Below are positions 21,901 through 35,619 of a stretch of 64,000 bases of DNA, piece by piece (the first letter of the stretch is position 1; every line of letters begins with the position of its first letter). Source of the DNA: Phallusia mammillata (taxonomy: Eukaryota); NCBI GenBank assembly GCA_965637545.1, contig OZ281496.1, forward strand, positions 6,882,001 through 6,946,000. The letters run 5' to 3'. The notes beneath the pieces were generated by a model. That model did no database searches. It saw only the letters and a program-made list of their open reading frames with translations, and was not told where the DNA came from. Position numbers and translations under genes: made by a program.

Positions 21901-24052
21901 AATCGCCATGCTTTTTTTTATGAAATTTAAATGAAAAATTGTTGGTGCAGGTGTATACCAATGTTACGCCTTTTCTCGGTTCTGCTGTCATAACGGGCTG
22001 TCAGTACCCAATACAAAACTTGTATTTATAAGATAAAAGAGCAAAACGATAAAAGCAGCGCAGGCACACACTCGCGACAGAACCACCGCTCAACACCAGC
22101 TCCAACTCCAACTGCCGGCTTCCCAGCCGCGTGGGGCCACGTCCCCTCGACAATTCGTTACAGCAAACACGACATAGAGATATGTTATGACGTCATATAT
22201 AGGTGACAAAATAAAAACGTAACACCAACACAGGTCAAGATTGTTATCCAGACTGATTTGAGAAAAAAAGAACAAGTAAAGCAAAAACAGTTTTTTGTTA
22301 AAGCTGGCATGCCCTTAGTACGTGTCTTAGTATTACTACCTGATTGGACTTATGCCTATATTGTCACGGTAATTAAAATGTTTATTGCTTCACGGTTCAT
22401 GTTATTTCATCCCAGATAGCAATAATGCAACAGTTATTGTTTATTACCTCGGCAGGTCGTATGATCTGGTGACTATCAAATACCTGTTGTCGGACGCACA
22501 ACGATATCCGCAGATACAACGTTTCATGTTAAGCAATAATGGTAGCTGCGACGTTAGCACTCGTATATTAGCCAATATTACACAGCATAGAGCTTTACAT
22601 AAGTGGACTTTTTCGCCTGTCTATAGGCCATCTTACCGTTGTTTACCGTTGTTTTTGTCAATCTATTATAACACCCATCGGGTACAAATTAATATTGTCT
22701 GAAATCTGTTGATAGTTATAGGTGTACGAAATTATATAGGTATAGAATACAAATTGAACCAATTTTGCAACCGTTCGCAATTTTATATATCGTTTCATTA
22801 AACTTTCACATTTTTGTAATCTTAAATTTTGCCAAGCACTACCACATATTCACTCATGCTTGACTTTTCTTATATTTTAGACATTTCGAACATACGACTG
22901 ATTTTTATTAAGTGGAAAAATGTGTGGAAACTTGGGTTAGTTTGACAAAGTTAGCATTGTTACCAGTAACATTCGGACCGAATTAGGAGGGTGTCAAAAA
23001 ATATTTAAAATACAACCGTGCCCTTTTTGCCTATCGTGATGTTATTCGTAGCTGCAATGTAGTCAGTCACCTTCATTTATTAATTGTGAACAGGCCCAGT
23101 TATCATATCTGCAATATTTTATTATGGGTAAATAAGGCATTTACGCAATGCAATAGAGCTATCAATAGCAACAGCAGGCGTCTTGATATGGAATCAAATC
23201 AAAACAAATCTGTTCACCTTTAACTATCTCTATGCAATGGTTGTGACGTAATAGAGGAACAGTGACGTATTTCGAACGCTTTGGTCGATTTTCCATCTTT
23301 TCTTGCGGAAGCCGACATGTCTACACCTCTACGTAGGCGCAATCTGCTCAAATTCCTTCTAAATAACAACAAAGGATCTATTATAAGCGTTTGTTGGCCT
23401 ATGCATTAAACGTACTTAACAGCGTTGGGTTTAGTATGACTTGTTTGCAATTGCGATAGGACGTGATAAATTTGCAGGCAATAAGACAACAGGAAAAATG
23501 TGCATTTAAAGCCTAATTGCTATTTTTTGTCTAATATTGCAAATTTAGAAATGTGACTTAACGGAGCTCGTTGGGGTAACCGCTTTAGGCTTGTAAGTCG
23601 TGCATGTAGCAAATGCTATGCCGATTGACTGCACGAAGCACTTTTATATTACGAAGTAGTGCATTGTGTAGGCGGTATTCTTGCTTGCCTTTAAGCTTTT
23701 TAGTTAAACAGCGTAAAGCATACGCTCTTTTTAAGTACTAAGCTACAGTTGACTGCACGAAGCTCGCTAGGGAACCCGCTTTAAGCGTGCGAAGTGCTGT
23801 ATGCAATAAGCGATATAGTTGCCTGCACGAAGCTCGTTAGAAAATTTCGTTTAAGCGTGTCCAGTCGTGAATAACAGCATATCTTGGTGCAGAAAGTTTA
23901 TGATAACAAAAAATTTAATTAGGGCAAAGTCGAAAAATTATACTTAATACGTGTAAGCTTTACACAAATTACACCTGATCACACCATTAATAACTGCTTC
24001 TGTTTTTCGTACTTGGAAAAGAAAAAATGAATGGTTTGATAAACTAAGCAGA

Positions 24053-27000
24053 ATGAGAAAGTTGATATTTCATCTTTTTCTTGTTTGCTGTTTTCTGGAA
24101 ATCAAAGGTCGGTGCTTATATAATTTATAGTTCGAATAACAGTCTGCATAACTTTCAGAAATGATATTATGCTTGCTACTTTAAGTGGTTAGACAAAAAA
24201 ATAATTATATATTGTTGCGTACTACATTACTGTTAACTACATAAAACGACACACTTATTAATTTTTAACCAATATCTGTTCTATAAAAAAAGATTTAAAT
24301 AATATTTTCACTTCATTGTTAGTTTCGGTGGTGATGTTGATTATGGGTGATATATTGAAGCTTTTTTTGATAATTCATTTCATTGCTGCAATGCTAAATT
24401 CTTTACTATAAGAAGTAAGTTAGTAAAGTTTTTTGTTTGATTTTCAGGGTACAAGATAACTTACTGCACAAAACACACTTTAATTCCAAGCATCAAGCCC
24501 ATACCGTGCATGTCAGGAAGTGATTGTACTGATCTAACCGGTAAACTTTATGTGCATACACTTTACTTACTACACTGATGCACATTGTCTTAACAGACTA
24601 TTTCAATGTCAACCAGAATGACAAATCTAAAGATAGTTATGCAATCAAAAACAACACCCAATCGACAAAGAAAGGCAAGAACAAAATTATACTCTGCATA
24701 TTCTCCGCCAGATGCACGTGTATTTAGGGTATAATTAAAACAAAAATCCGACATCTGAAAATTTGTATCAAAGCGGTAAAAAATTATAAAGTTCCAAAAT
24801 GTCTGGTATGAGGTTCACTGGAAAAATGCTAGCTTTTTTAAGATTAGGATGGGGCGCATTCGCCGATAATGTGACAATTTGATTTCCGTTGTTATCAATG
24901 AATAATAATCGGAACACTATTTGAAAAAAATCAGGTCTGATATTTTTTTAAGAGATTAAAAAACTCCGCCAGAAAGTTTTATTAAATTTTTATGTCATTT
25001 TAACATGATTAATTTTGTACTTTTCAGAATGTTGCTACACGTATTACCCCAAGGCATGTTACGATTCATCAGCGACTGGAATAATTGATAGCGGTAATTT
25101 ATTTTATGCATTCTGAAGAAAACCAGTTATTCTTCTCAGCTAGAAACAAACTAAAAAATCGACAGTAGGCTTGGTATGTTTAAATCGTACACATATCAAG
25201 TAAAAACAATTTTTAACTTTCAAAGTTTCATTTGTTTGGCCTAAACCTTGTTTTTCTTGTATAAATTGCATAAATCGTTTATCCATTTCTTTTATCTTTC
25301 ACAGTTGTAGGACAAACTCTGTAAATAATTGTGTTTGTCCAATAAAAAATACTATTTGTTGCATTTAGAAAATGTTCCAGAATGCAAACTTAAAGGTATA
25401 GAAGAATGGAAATCTGCTAATAAAACATATTATAACAAGTTTAGAATCTCAGAAACCTGGAAAGAAGAGGAAAGTAAGAATGTTAATTCTAACTCTATGA
25501 CCTTAGTTAGTAGGTTGGGTGGGCGCTGGCAACAAAATATCCATATATTGCAGTTTTCAAAGAAAATAAAAATCTTAGGTATTTACAAATAACTCCACGA
25601 TCTGGTTCGTACCTGTATCTCAAACAATGTGGTATCATTTTATATTAAAATTCAATATTCGTCTTTTCCTACTAAAAAAACTAATTTTATGTAGGTGCAC
25701 AATTACATCCATAAGACAGTTTCTTACATTTACACTAATAACAACAAAACTGAAGTATGGTCATTAGCATTACTAAATTTCTGCAAAGAATTGTTTCCGT
25801 AGGGTATTGGTTAACTTTTTTAAAAGTACCCGTAAAGTTATTTGAATTGTACTAGTGGGATTCATTCGACACAATTGCACTCAACAACCACAGCGCCAGA
25901 AATATCTGCCCAGTGTTAAAACATTATTGCGCAAAACTGCAAATAGCACAATTCGTAAAACATGGCTAAACGTGTTGCAGCCAAATCGCCGAACCACTAG
26001 TGTTGGATAAAAAAGTTATGGCAGTTTAACAACTGTATGGTTATTTAAATCTTAGTTGACTGGTTTGTTTATATCTTTTGTTTTGTAAACGCCTTGTTGT
26101 TTTTCGCCTTATTAGCGATTATGGATCGTTTTTTAATTATGATTTATCTTGAATGTTGTGTTTGTAGATGGAAACTTAACTATGGACTTTGACGTGAGCC
26201 CCTGTGACCTTGAGGAAAGCGAAACGATTGAACGTAAAAATTGCCATATTTCAGCATTATCTATGGAAATGTGAAACTGCAGTTTCTTGTTTCAGAATGC
26301 CCCAAACTTCAGAGTTACGACGGGACTTCAGAGTGTTACAAGAAACATAGCTGCCATCAAGGTGGAAATGTTTGATGATATTTTACATGCGCTATATAAA
26401 CTACCTTTGTGCAAAAAATCACAAATTTCGAGTAACGCTGCCGCAATTACTGAGGCACTCTGCATCATCTGTTTACCAAAAAAGTTTTTTTTGCAAAAGA
26501 TTTCGCTACCCATTTTTTGGTTATGGAGACTTAGCCCAGTTGCCCCAAACATACTTTTTTAGTTTTTAAAAAAATGTGTTTTAGGCGAAGATATTAACTA
26601 CTCTAAACGAAGTGCATTTATCGAGCCACTGAATGGAAGTACCATCGTTTGCAATGGTTAGTGACATGCATAAAACAAAAGCATTCATTGCTTTTTAGTT
26701 TATATTGTTGGTTATAATAAAGTTTACTCCAGAATAACCGTAGTTTTTAACCCTTTGGAAGATACTAATAAATTATGACAAAGGTTGGGCAAACCCTGTA
26801 ATAGTGCGTATGAATTTTAAGTACAACTTCTTTACTAATTAGCCAAATGGTTAATAGTTCGCATCCCGCCTCAACCAGATACTTAAACTATCTCAAAACA
26901 TTTTTTTCAATCACGACCGCAAGCCTTTATGTGTTGTTTCGTCAATAAAAACGTAAAAACAACCAACCAACGAAATATTCCTGTTTTTGCTCATTAAAAT

Positions 27001-30000
27001 ATATTTTATGTGTGTGTTTTAGATACAAAGACGGGAATGGAACACACGGGTAAGTGTAATTAAACTACAACACCTTTATTCCCATGTACAAAATATTTTA
27101 AGCTTGTCCTGTTTAATGTAGTTGAATTCCTAAACCCTTTGAAAACAAACTGATAGCGGTCTACACGAGTTCTTTAGCTCTAAATTATACATACAAAGCC
27201 GAAAACAAATTTGTACTTGGGCAAACCCCTTAGAAAAGTATTTCCCCAACAACTACTTGCTACTACCGCCGAAATCACTTTACGAACCCGAAAGGGAGAT
27301 CCTGTTACCCCATTAGCTTTAATTTGCACGTTAGCAAAATAGTGGGACCCAAGTTGAATAACGCTGGTACTCGCAAACTTTACTTACTCGCTGAGCTTTC
27401 ATTAGTATTTTTCAAACTTATAGTTATGTTCCCGTACATTTCCCTAACTGTGTGTCAGATATGAGGTTAACTTTGATATTCTGTGCAGGACCCAGATGTG
27501 GACCAGGATTTGGCCTTTAGAAAACATTCTGCTTTGATGACTGCACCAAGGTGATTGGTAAGTAGCTGATTTGTGCATAAACAGTCTGAAAGTAATATTG
27601 ACTCGTCTACGTTTGACATGTGTAAGTTTTATTTCTGACAAAATCTTGTGTTTCGTACGGGGACGGAACGAAACGAGATTACGATGGTTCTGTGCAAATT
27701 ATTTATTTCGTGATATTGTTCCTGACCCATATTTTCATTTCCTTTCGGTTTGACCGAAATAAGTTTACAACGTTTTTCTTCAGTAATTCGGCGAAATTAG
27801 TCAGCATTATTTTCATGTTAAATTTGCAGGTCGAAAAAAAAGGAATAGTGAACAACGCTATTTCGTTCCGGTATTTAAGCCAAAATGATGATTGAAAATA
27901 ATAATGATAGTTATAAATAATTATTTATTTCGTTTCCATGTGCCGCTCCGTTCCGTTATGAAACGCTTCCATAACGATGCTAACAATGACGCACTTTGAT
28001 GCAGAAGTTTCAATTGTAATCAATAATACAGCCCTTTTTATACATTTTGTTCCTACTAGGATTGCGACTACTCTGTATTGACGAAAACATTATTATATAT
28101 TATCATAAAAAATCTTCTACATAAGGACTTTACTAATTTATATTCACATCTTTTGGACAAATACAGTATTTACCTTTGAAGGAAACGCATCTTTAAAGGA
28201 AAGTAGACTCGCAACACAACTACAGAACAATTTACAATTTTTAAAACAAAAAAATTTACTGTTTTTTGACAAAGGGAATCGGGTGAACTTCGGGTGAGTT
28301 CAAAATAGCGATTATTTTCAATTTTGATAGCTGCGAAAACGAAACAATTTAAACGCCAGTTATACCTGCCTGTAAGCGGCTCTAACTTCATTACGTGAAT
28401 CTGACAGTACAGAACCGCTCCAAACCAGACAATTTTTGAAAACAGTGGCCGAATTAAGCCCTTGAGTTATATTGACTATCGTATAATTATAACAAAACAT
28501 TCAGCGTTAAATCATACCAAAACACGACCTGTCTTCTTAGGCGATTTGAATAAATATCTAATATAAGTAAGCTGCGGACAGTGTAGGGTAAATTGATCCC
28601 GACTGAAGGTCTTATCAGCGTAGCTGGTGACAAGAATGAAACAGAATTGGCGAGGCATGGCTTTTTAGCGTGTTACTCCCAAAAACTGTGGTTTGAGAGT
28701 GCTGTATGGCTACACTGGCCAAAATGCCCAATGTCTTCTCACCAGCCGCACAACTTGGGCCTTGTAAGTGGAAACAGTGTGTGCTATCTGCGGCTTACTT
28801 ATAATTAATTATCTGGGTGCTTGTATTACCAAAATTCTTTTACAGATCCAAAATGTAGAAGATTTGTCAACGAAACTTCAGCCGAAGCATTTTGCAAACT
28901 AAGATACAAGAAGACCAATTTTTCAATTAGTTCATCATTTGAAGATGTGATCGCCAGCAGTCTTAGTAAGTTTTGTTTTACACACGTTAACACCATGATA
29001 TCAGAGTGTATAAATATATATTTTCAGGTTTTGTATTCATCGAATACGACGATTGTCCAGTTCCAATTGAAGGTAACAATTGGTAGCGTGTTTCCTAATT
29101 GGATAATTGGTAGCGTGTTTCTTCAAAACATATGTTAATTCGATTTGTTTTTAAGATGTAAGTTTGCTTGAGAAAAGGTCAACGTTTAAAGTGTTCTAGA
29201 ACATTTTATTCAACAGTTCCCGTTTTACCTATGCAAGCAGCAGAAAAGTTCTAGACTTTCAACATGTTTTCCTGAGAATACATGCTACAAAAATTAAATC
29301 CAAATTAAAAACGGGTTAAAGTTGAAACCATTGTATTTAAAATTGAAATTTAAACCAATCGGGTTGAAAACTCCTAGTTTGTGCAAATGTTCCAAAGGGT
29401 CTGTAAATGTAAGTGTTTGAAAAGGTGCAGTTGTGCATTTGATGAACCCATAAAAGTGTTTTTTGACTTGTTACATTCTTGCAGAAGTTTTACAGAAGCT
29501 ACAAGTTCAGAAACCGACTGACTGGGTTGGGTTCGATAACCTCGAATACATCATTGAGAAGTTTGGCCGAAATCATCCCGATACCTACGGAACAACCTAC
29601 AACCTGACAGATGCCCAGTTACATGTCGTGGTTACCGATATTGATAAAGAGACATACAACTCCCTTCTCGACCTTGAATTAGCCCACATCGATTTTACGC
29701 TACAAACAATTAACGTTAGTCGAATCGTTGTTGCTGTGTTTGTCTATCAGATCAATCAAACCAAAACTGTAGATACCGAATCACCCAGTCGAAGTTCACT
29801 CGCTATCACGCGGTACATTGCTATAGATAACTCATCGTTTATTGTTATTGCTGGTTGGGATGCCCATAGCTTCCTGCCTGCATCCAACTACACTGCAGGA
29901 AGCGATCAGTTGCCAGGAAACGCAAGCTTTGTCGTAACCCCACCATCGACACAACCAGTCTGCAAGCAGATCGAAGAAGAAAAGAAAAACACAAGCAACC

Positions 30001-31851
30001 TGAGGATCACAAAGCTTCAACACGTCTGTCGCTTCTTCGATACAGCTTTAAGGAAATATTCAGGTTTAGGTTGCGCCACAATTACTAATGACGTAACAGG
30101 TGACGTCACTTGCGTGTGCAACCACCTGACCGTTTTTAGTGTTCTCATGGCAATGGAAACAGTCACTCTCCCTCATGGCGTAAAGGTAACAGCAGTATTG
30201 CAAAAAAAGAATTATTTAAGGTTGATGATGTTATTAGGCTGATGAGCTGTTACCAAATCAATTTAGCTCAAAACAAATGTTTTAAGGTTTTATGTAATGC
30301 AGATCACATCTTACACCACTGAAATTGCCTCCATTGTGGCATTGATAATCACAATAGCAATCCTTCACCATTTCAAAGGCGAAAACGATCGGGTTCCAGT
30401 TCAAATCAACTTGTCAGTGGCTCTTCTGCTTCTTCACGCAGTGAACATATCCCATGACCTTGTCGTCCTGCATGAAACCTCATGCATGGTATTTACAGTG
30501 GCTAACCATTATTGCTTGTTGTCATTAGGTAAGATGCATGTAATCATAAACTATTAGGTAAGATGCATGTAAATCATAAACTAACGACAATAGTGCGCCA
30601 GCCTTTTTAAGGGTTTATACCAATTCAAGCTTATTTCCCAAGCATGTCGAATATCATGTAAATGGGCCTGCCGTACTGTGATTTGTGTATAATGGTAACG
30701 TGCTAGTTGGTCTACATGAACCTTTCAGGGTAACTTCATCTGTTCATCTTCGTTAAACGACAATACTCATACGTCTAAGTTACAGTATACCTTTGAACAA
30801 AAATCTATTAAAGCTCATCTTGAAACTTGTTTGTGTTTAAGGATTCTGGTTTCTTGTGGAAGGCATCCGTCTTCTGATGGCCACCTCATTTCCCTACACA
30901 TTCAGAACCCAAGAACCCGATAAACGTCTCAAAATCTTCATTCTGATGGGCTGGGTCATTCCAGCTTTCATCGTGATGCCATCTGCGGGAGTGGGATTTC
31001 ACTACGATATCTATATGAAGCACCAGCCATTCTACGAACAGTGTCACAAGTATTCAAACCAGTCTTCATCCATTCCCAAGTATGACAGATGCTGGTTGGA
31101 TCCCGGTACCCCGATATTTTATTCAACGGTCGTCGCTCCTCTTGCACTCGTCCTCCTTATCAACTTGATGATCATCGTGAAGACGACTCATGTGATTTTC
31201 AACTCACGAAGGATGCGCAACAGAGGTGAAGATCCTGGAACGGAAGACGCATTGAGGGCAGCAAAATCGTTCATTATCTTTTTCCTCATGCTGGGTGGAA
31301 CATGGACTTTGGCATTTTTCACAGGTTTTGGTTTTATAATACACAACTTTTTTCTAAACTTACTTCCCAAACTGAAGTGTGGAGCGTAGTATTCGTTTTG
31401 GCAGAGTGCAATTTTAACTCCCGTTTATGGCAAGATGCGTAACGTCTGTGTACATTACAACGCTATATCCTCTTTTTGTTAGATAACCAAACGTTTACAT
31501 CTTAGGACAACTTTTGGTTTTTCAGCCTGTAAAATGTACCTTAAAACATATTTTGCTATGTCGCAGCAAACCTATTTACCAACTTTGAATTAAATGGTTT
31601 AGTGAATGTCACGATGCACCCCTAAAAGAAAAGCTTATTTTATATATCATAGTTTTATTTAAATTTAATACGTGAATCACTGCTGTAAAAAGCATATTTG
31701 TTTCTGCAACGACACTTCAAACGTGACGTTTATGTACATGCACAGCTTAGTGAACGGGTTGCAGGGAATCGTCGTATTCCTCCTGTACTGCGTCATGGAT
31801 GACGTCATCAGAAAGAAAGTCTTCCCATGCAAGAGTGACGGATCTGGGTAG
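24053..31851 (+). CDS. Adhesion GPCR (signal peptide, Cys-rich modules, GAIN/GPS, secretin-like 7TM), copy A; one in-frame stop in a skippable exon
   Basis: Exons 24053-24107 (MRKLIFHLFLVCCFLEIK), 24448-24540, 24597-24674 (GC donor), 25028-25093, 25369-25473, 26168-26233, 26296-26361, 26585-26656, 27023-27049, 27489-27557 (TAG 27518-20), 28846-28965, 29028-29072, 29485-30185 (GPS ...TCVCNHLTVFSVLM), 30303-30528, 30842-31324 (WFLVEG, GWVIP, CWL), and ~31710-31851 (LVNGLQGIVVFLLYC). Phases agree throughout except the last acceptor, which is unresolved. Confidence 0.85.
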
Positions 31852-32712
31852 CAACCCAATACTGTTAAAGGACGTAGGAAGAAACCACCTGCGCAACCCT
31901 TTGTATTGGAACGAATTGAACACTTTGAGCCACCAGATTCAAATAATGAGTAAATGGGGAAGTTGGGAATGGCAGTTAATTGGTGGTTGCATCATAAATA
32001 TATTTGCATATGTCTTGTATCTCGTTTGATTACGTCTTACGTGACGACCAGGCTTAAATTATAAGTTGGTCATAAATGGCCGATTGCAATCATTCTCAGG
32101 TTGACTGCGTAAACAATAAGAAATGTATTTCAATTATTGAAGCATTTGTATTGGCTTTTTTCTCGTTTGCATTGTCTTTTTTTTCCTAATTTGCGGTAAT
32201 ATCGTGTTGTACTTTTATTAGAAGAACAACTTAAAGCTTGCAAAATGCGTTTTTTGCTGTCACGCTATTCCTGCGAAAGTAGTAAGTAAAGTGTGCGGTT
32301 ATAGTTAAACCAATCACAAAGTAGTTTTTTTTATTGGGTATGAAATTTGTCAGTAGTCCTGAATATTTACAAACATGTAACTCTTACTATATTAGTTTGA
32401 GTTTTTATTAAGCTTTCGATTTTACTTTATCTCATCAGGGTTTGTGTGTTTCACATTTTATAAAAAATTGTCGCAGCTTTAAACGACATAAGAGGTTTAA
32501 TAAACTGGGTAAATATGTATTATGGTTCGTGTGTCATTTTCCTTGCCTTTTTTCTGGCATTTTTTGTTTTCGCTAATTTTCCGCATTTTATTCCTTAGTG
32601 TATCACATCGTGAACTCATCACATGAAATGCATAAAGTAAACAAATTGTGGCATAAAGTTGGGCTCACCAATAATATATTTTAGCTATGTGATACTGTAT
32701 AATGCTTTAATG

Positions 32713-33190
32713 CAGCGCTTCCCAACCGGTGGGCGTGGGCCGCGAAGCTTTTCAAATTATTACCATACCAGTATGGAAGTTTAAAAAGTTACACAGTTCG
32801 TAAGAAGTTCTCACTGAAAACGTACTTTCAAGGTATCTATATTTTTCTAAAATATAATATTGCTTGCTATGAAAGCCGCATAAGATTTCACGTGAAAGAA
32901 AGCTTTGTCACGCTAACAAAATGCAATTGTCACGTCACAACAGTAATTAAACTGCGATTGTTGCTTCACAACACTACTTGTATTAGTAACTATAACGGAA
33001 TCGTCTTATCTTGTCAAATCATCAAGCTCAGGCTTCACATTAACAAAAGTATTGCCTGTGCGGTTATTATTTTTCTTTCTTTATTATAATTCTCTTTCCA
33101 TTGTGATTTTGTCGCAATATTAAACGGTGGTCCGCCAAAATTTTTTTTTTAGGAAGTGGGCCGTGAGTTGGAAAAGGTTGGGAAGCACTG
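32713..33190. mobile_element. hAT MITE (478 bp)
   Basis: TIR CAGCGCTTCCCAACC...GGTTGGGAAGCACTG; perfect TSD CTTTAATG (32705-32712, 33191-33198). Confidence 0.92.
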
Positions 33191-34157
33191 CTTTAATGTA
33201 TACTGACAACTAAGTTTCGAGGGTGCACTATTTTCTCCATTTCTGCATTTTTTAGTCGACCGCATACCGCACAAACAAGAACTTTCGATTGCAAGAAATT
33301 TATGCTAACATGTGTGTTTGAAACGTACGTACTTGTTGCGGTGCATTTATGCACTTAAACAATGCAGTTGTGCTTAATATTTCAACTGAACTTGTTTTTT
33401 GAATGATCCTTGATTTGTTTAACAAATTATATTACATATACACACTTTACTGCATACAATACTACATAACGAGAAACAAACAAGCCAATATATTTGTGTA
33501 GAACATGACGTTTCGAAAGCAAATTGCGAAATAATTCAGCAAACTAAATGTAATAACTAAGGCAATTATTTTTTGACTTGTCCAAAAAAGTCAAAAAAAT
33601 GTCAAAATTTATCGAATAGGTCAAAAATTGTTTACAAAGTCAAAATTTTTTATAAAGTCAAAATTGTTTACAAACTGCATTGTTGTGGTGTTGTAGAGGT
33701 TGCACTGTTAGTTATCTTTTTATTTTACACTTTGTAACCTACTTTATACTGTTGTAAATGGCCCATTGTCTGCTTATTGTGAATCATAAACCAATAAGTG
33801 AAATAATTAGGTTGATATGGTGTGATGCTGAACACACGTGTAAAATTTTTGGCTGGTCCTAATTAAATTATTTTAAGGCAGATATGGGTTTGGTGCAGCT
33901 TTTGTTTTGGTTTTGCATTAGATACTTCATGTATCTTCAGTTTAGAACAGTTTTCGTAGTGTCTTAGCTGCAGTTTTTTGGTAGTGATTGCAATTAGCTC
34001 ATTTTCCTTTTCAGAATAGGCTAGGTCTGTGTTCAGATTAAGGTAGTTAGACTTTTGCACATTAACTGTTTACTCAGCAATTTGATTCGAGCATAACCAG
34101 GATCTTGTTGTTTTAATAAAGGCTGCTGAATTTTTATAGCTGTTTGTAATTTTCGAA

Positions 34158-35060
34158 ATGCCGAAAATATCAAATACACACAAAAACAAAACTAGGATTT
34201 ACATGCAAGAGTGTCCAAAAGAGATTTGCAGGAACCCGAATGGCGAACTGTTTTGCGTCCTCTGCTGCCAATTAGTAAACTGTGAAAAGCGTTTCATAGT
34301 GTAAAGCCACCGTGCTCAGCAAAACATCAAAAACTGCTCCAAGTGACGGAGCCTGCCGACACAAGTAAACCAATGCAGTCTTTTATTCAAAGTTCAAAGA
34401 AGGACTTCATGACTAAGTTGGTTGGGGCCTTCCTAGCGGCAGACATCCCTTTGTAAAAGCTACAAAACTTAAAGATTAAACAGCTGTTCACCGACCTTGG
34501 GCAGCCAGTGCCGTCTGAGGAATCCTGTCGTGCGCATGTAGACAAGTTAGCTGTAGGCGAGGTAAATCTAATCAAGGAGCACCTCTATGACAAGCAAGTA
34601 TTTCTAGTAGTTGACGAGAGCGAAGATGTCGGCAGAAAATACTTTAATATACTCATTGGTGACATTGCAGTTCCAGAAAAGACACACATCTTAGATTGCA
34701 GACTTGTGGAGACAGTGAACCAGCACGTAGTGGCAATGAAGATTGACGACGCACTGAAGAAGCTGGACATTGAAAGAAACAATTTCGTTCTTCTGCTTTC
34801 CGATGCAGCCAGGTATATGACTGCTTGCACTACCGCAATCAAAATCCTCTTCCCGCGACTCTTCCACGTCAACTGCTTGGCTCATCTTCTGCACAATTGC
34901 GCTGAGAAAGTGCGCGGTAACTTCCCAGAGGTTGACAACATCATTGCAACAGTCAAGGCGGTGACAGTGAAGAACAAGCACCGGCGCTACAAGTTTAATA
35001 TGATCAGCAGTCCGCCACAGCCAGTGCTTACTCGCTGGGGGACGTGGCTAAAGGCTGCAG
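34158..35060 (+). pseudogene. Decayed, 3'-truncated hAT-superfamily transposase (CGGBP/DUF659-like)
   Basis: N-terminal Zn-finger-like GELFCVLCCQLVNCEKRFIV*SH; core VFLVVDES...LLLSDAARYM...HVNCLAHLLHNC...VLTRWGTW. Internal stops; no TIRs found. Confidence 0.75.
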
Positions 35061-35327
35061 AATGGCGAATAGTTACTTGTATGTTTACGTTTTTCTGAAC
35101 AACAGAATATGTGAACTTGGGCAACACGATGCGATTAAGCCGATCAAGCCGAAAAACGCATCCCATAATTGCCTTGTTTGCTGTGGGAAACTTTAACCGC
35201 TGCTTTTACGCAAAATACCTTCTAGTAACGGAATACTCATAAATAAATTATCTGTATATATTTTTTTATGATTAATGTGCACAAGACACAGACTTAAATA
35301 GAAGCTGACAAAAAAACGGTTGTCATT

Positions 35328-35425
35328 ATCAGTGAAAATAGAATGTACAAGCAGAAACAAGCGGGTTTATATTACAGTTAATATAAACGCGCTTGTTTCC
35401 GCTCGTACATCTTATTTTCACTGAT
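35328..35425. repeat. 98-bp imperfect fold-back
   Basis: 47-bp arms with about 5 mismatches around a CAGT loop. Confidence 0.85.
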
Positions 35426-35619
35426 GTCTGTTTCATAAAATGAATACGTTTTGTTTTACATCGCTGGAAATTTGTTTTTTTAGGATCATCAATGTGTTCA
35501 GGTTGTTTCTTATTGACAAAATACGGAATTAAGTGTTTGGTACAAGGGAAATCACACTCTCAACAATCACTTTTTTACACTATGAAGCACAATTTCGAAA
35601 TGAAAAGTAGAAACGATTG

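Larger units (their letters stand above)
8335..28630 (+). repeat. Segmental duplication copy A (8335-10096 plus 20139-28630), homologous to copy B (53745-64000)
   Basis: Collinear exonic and intronic similarity (roughly 80% by eye): 8380/53930, 9125/54650, 20150/55545, 23220/58560, 24053/59369, 27489/62885, 28560/63930. Confidence 0.92.
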
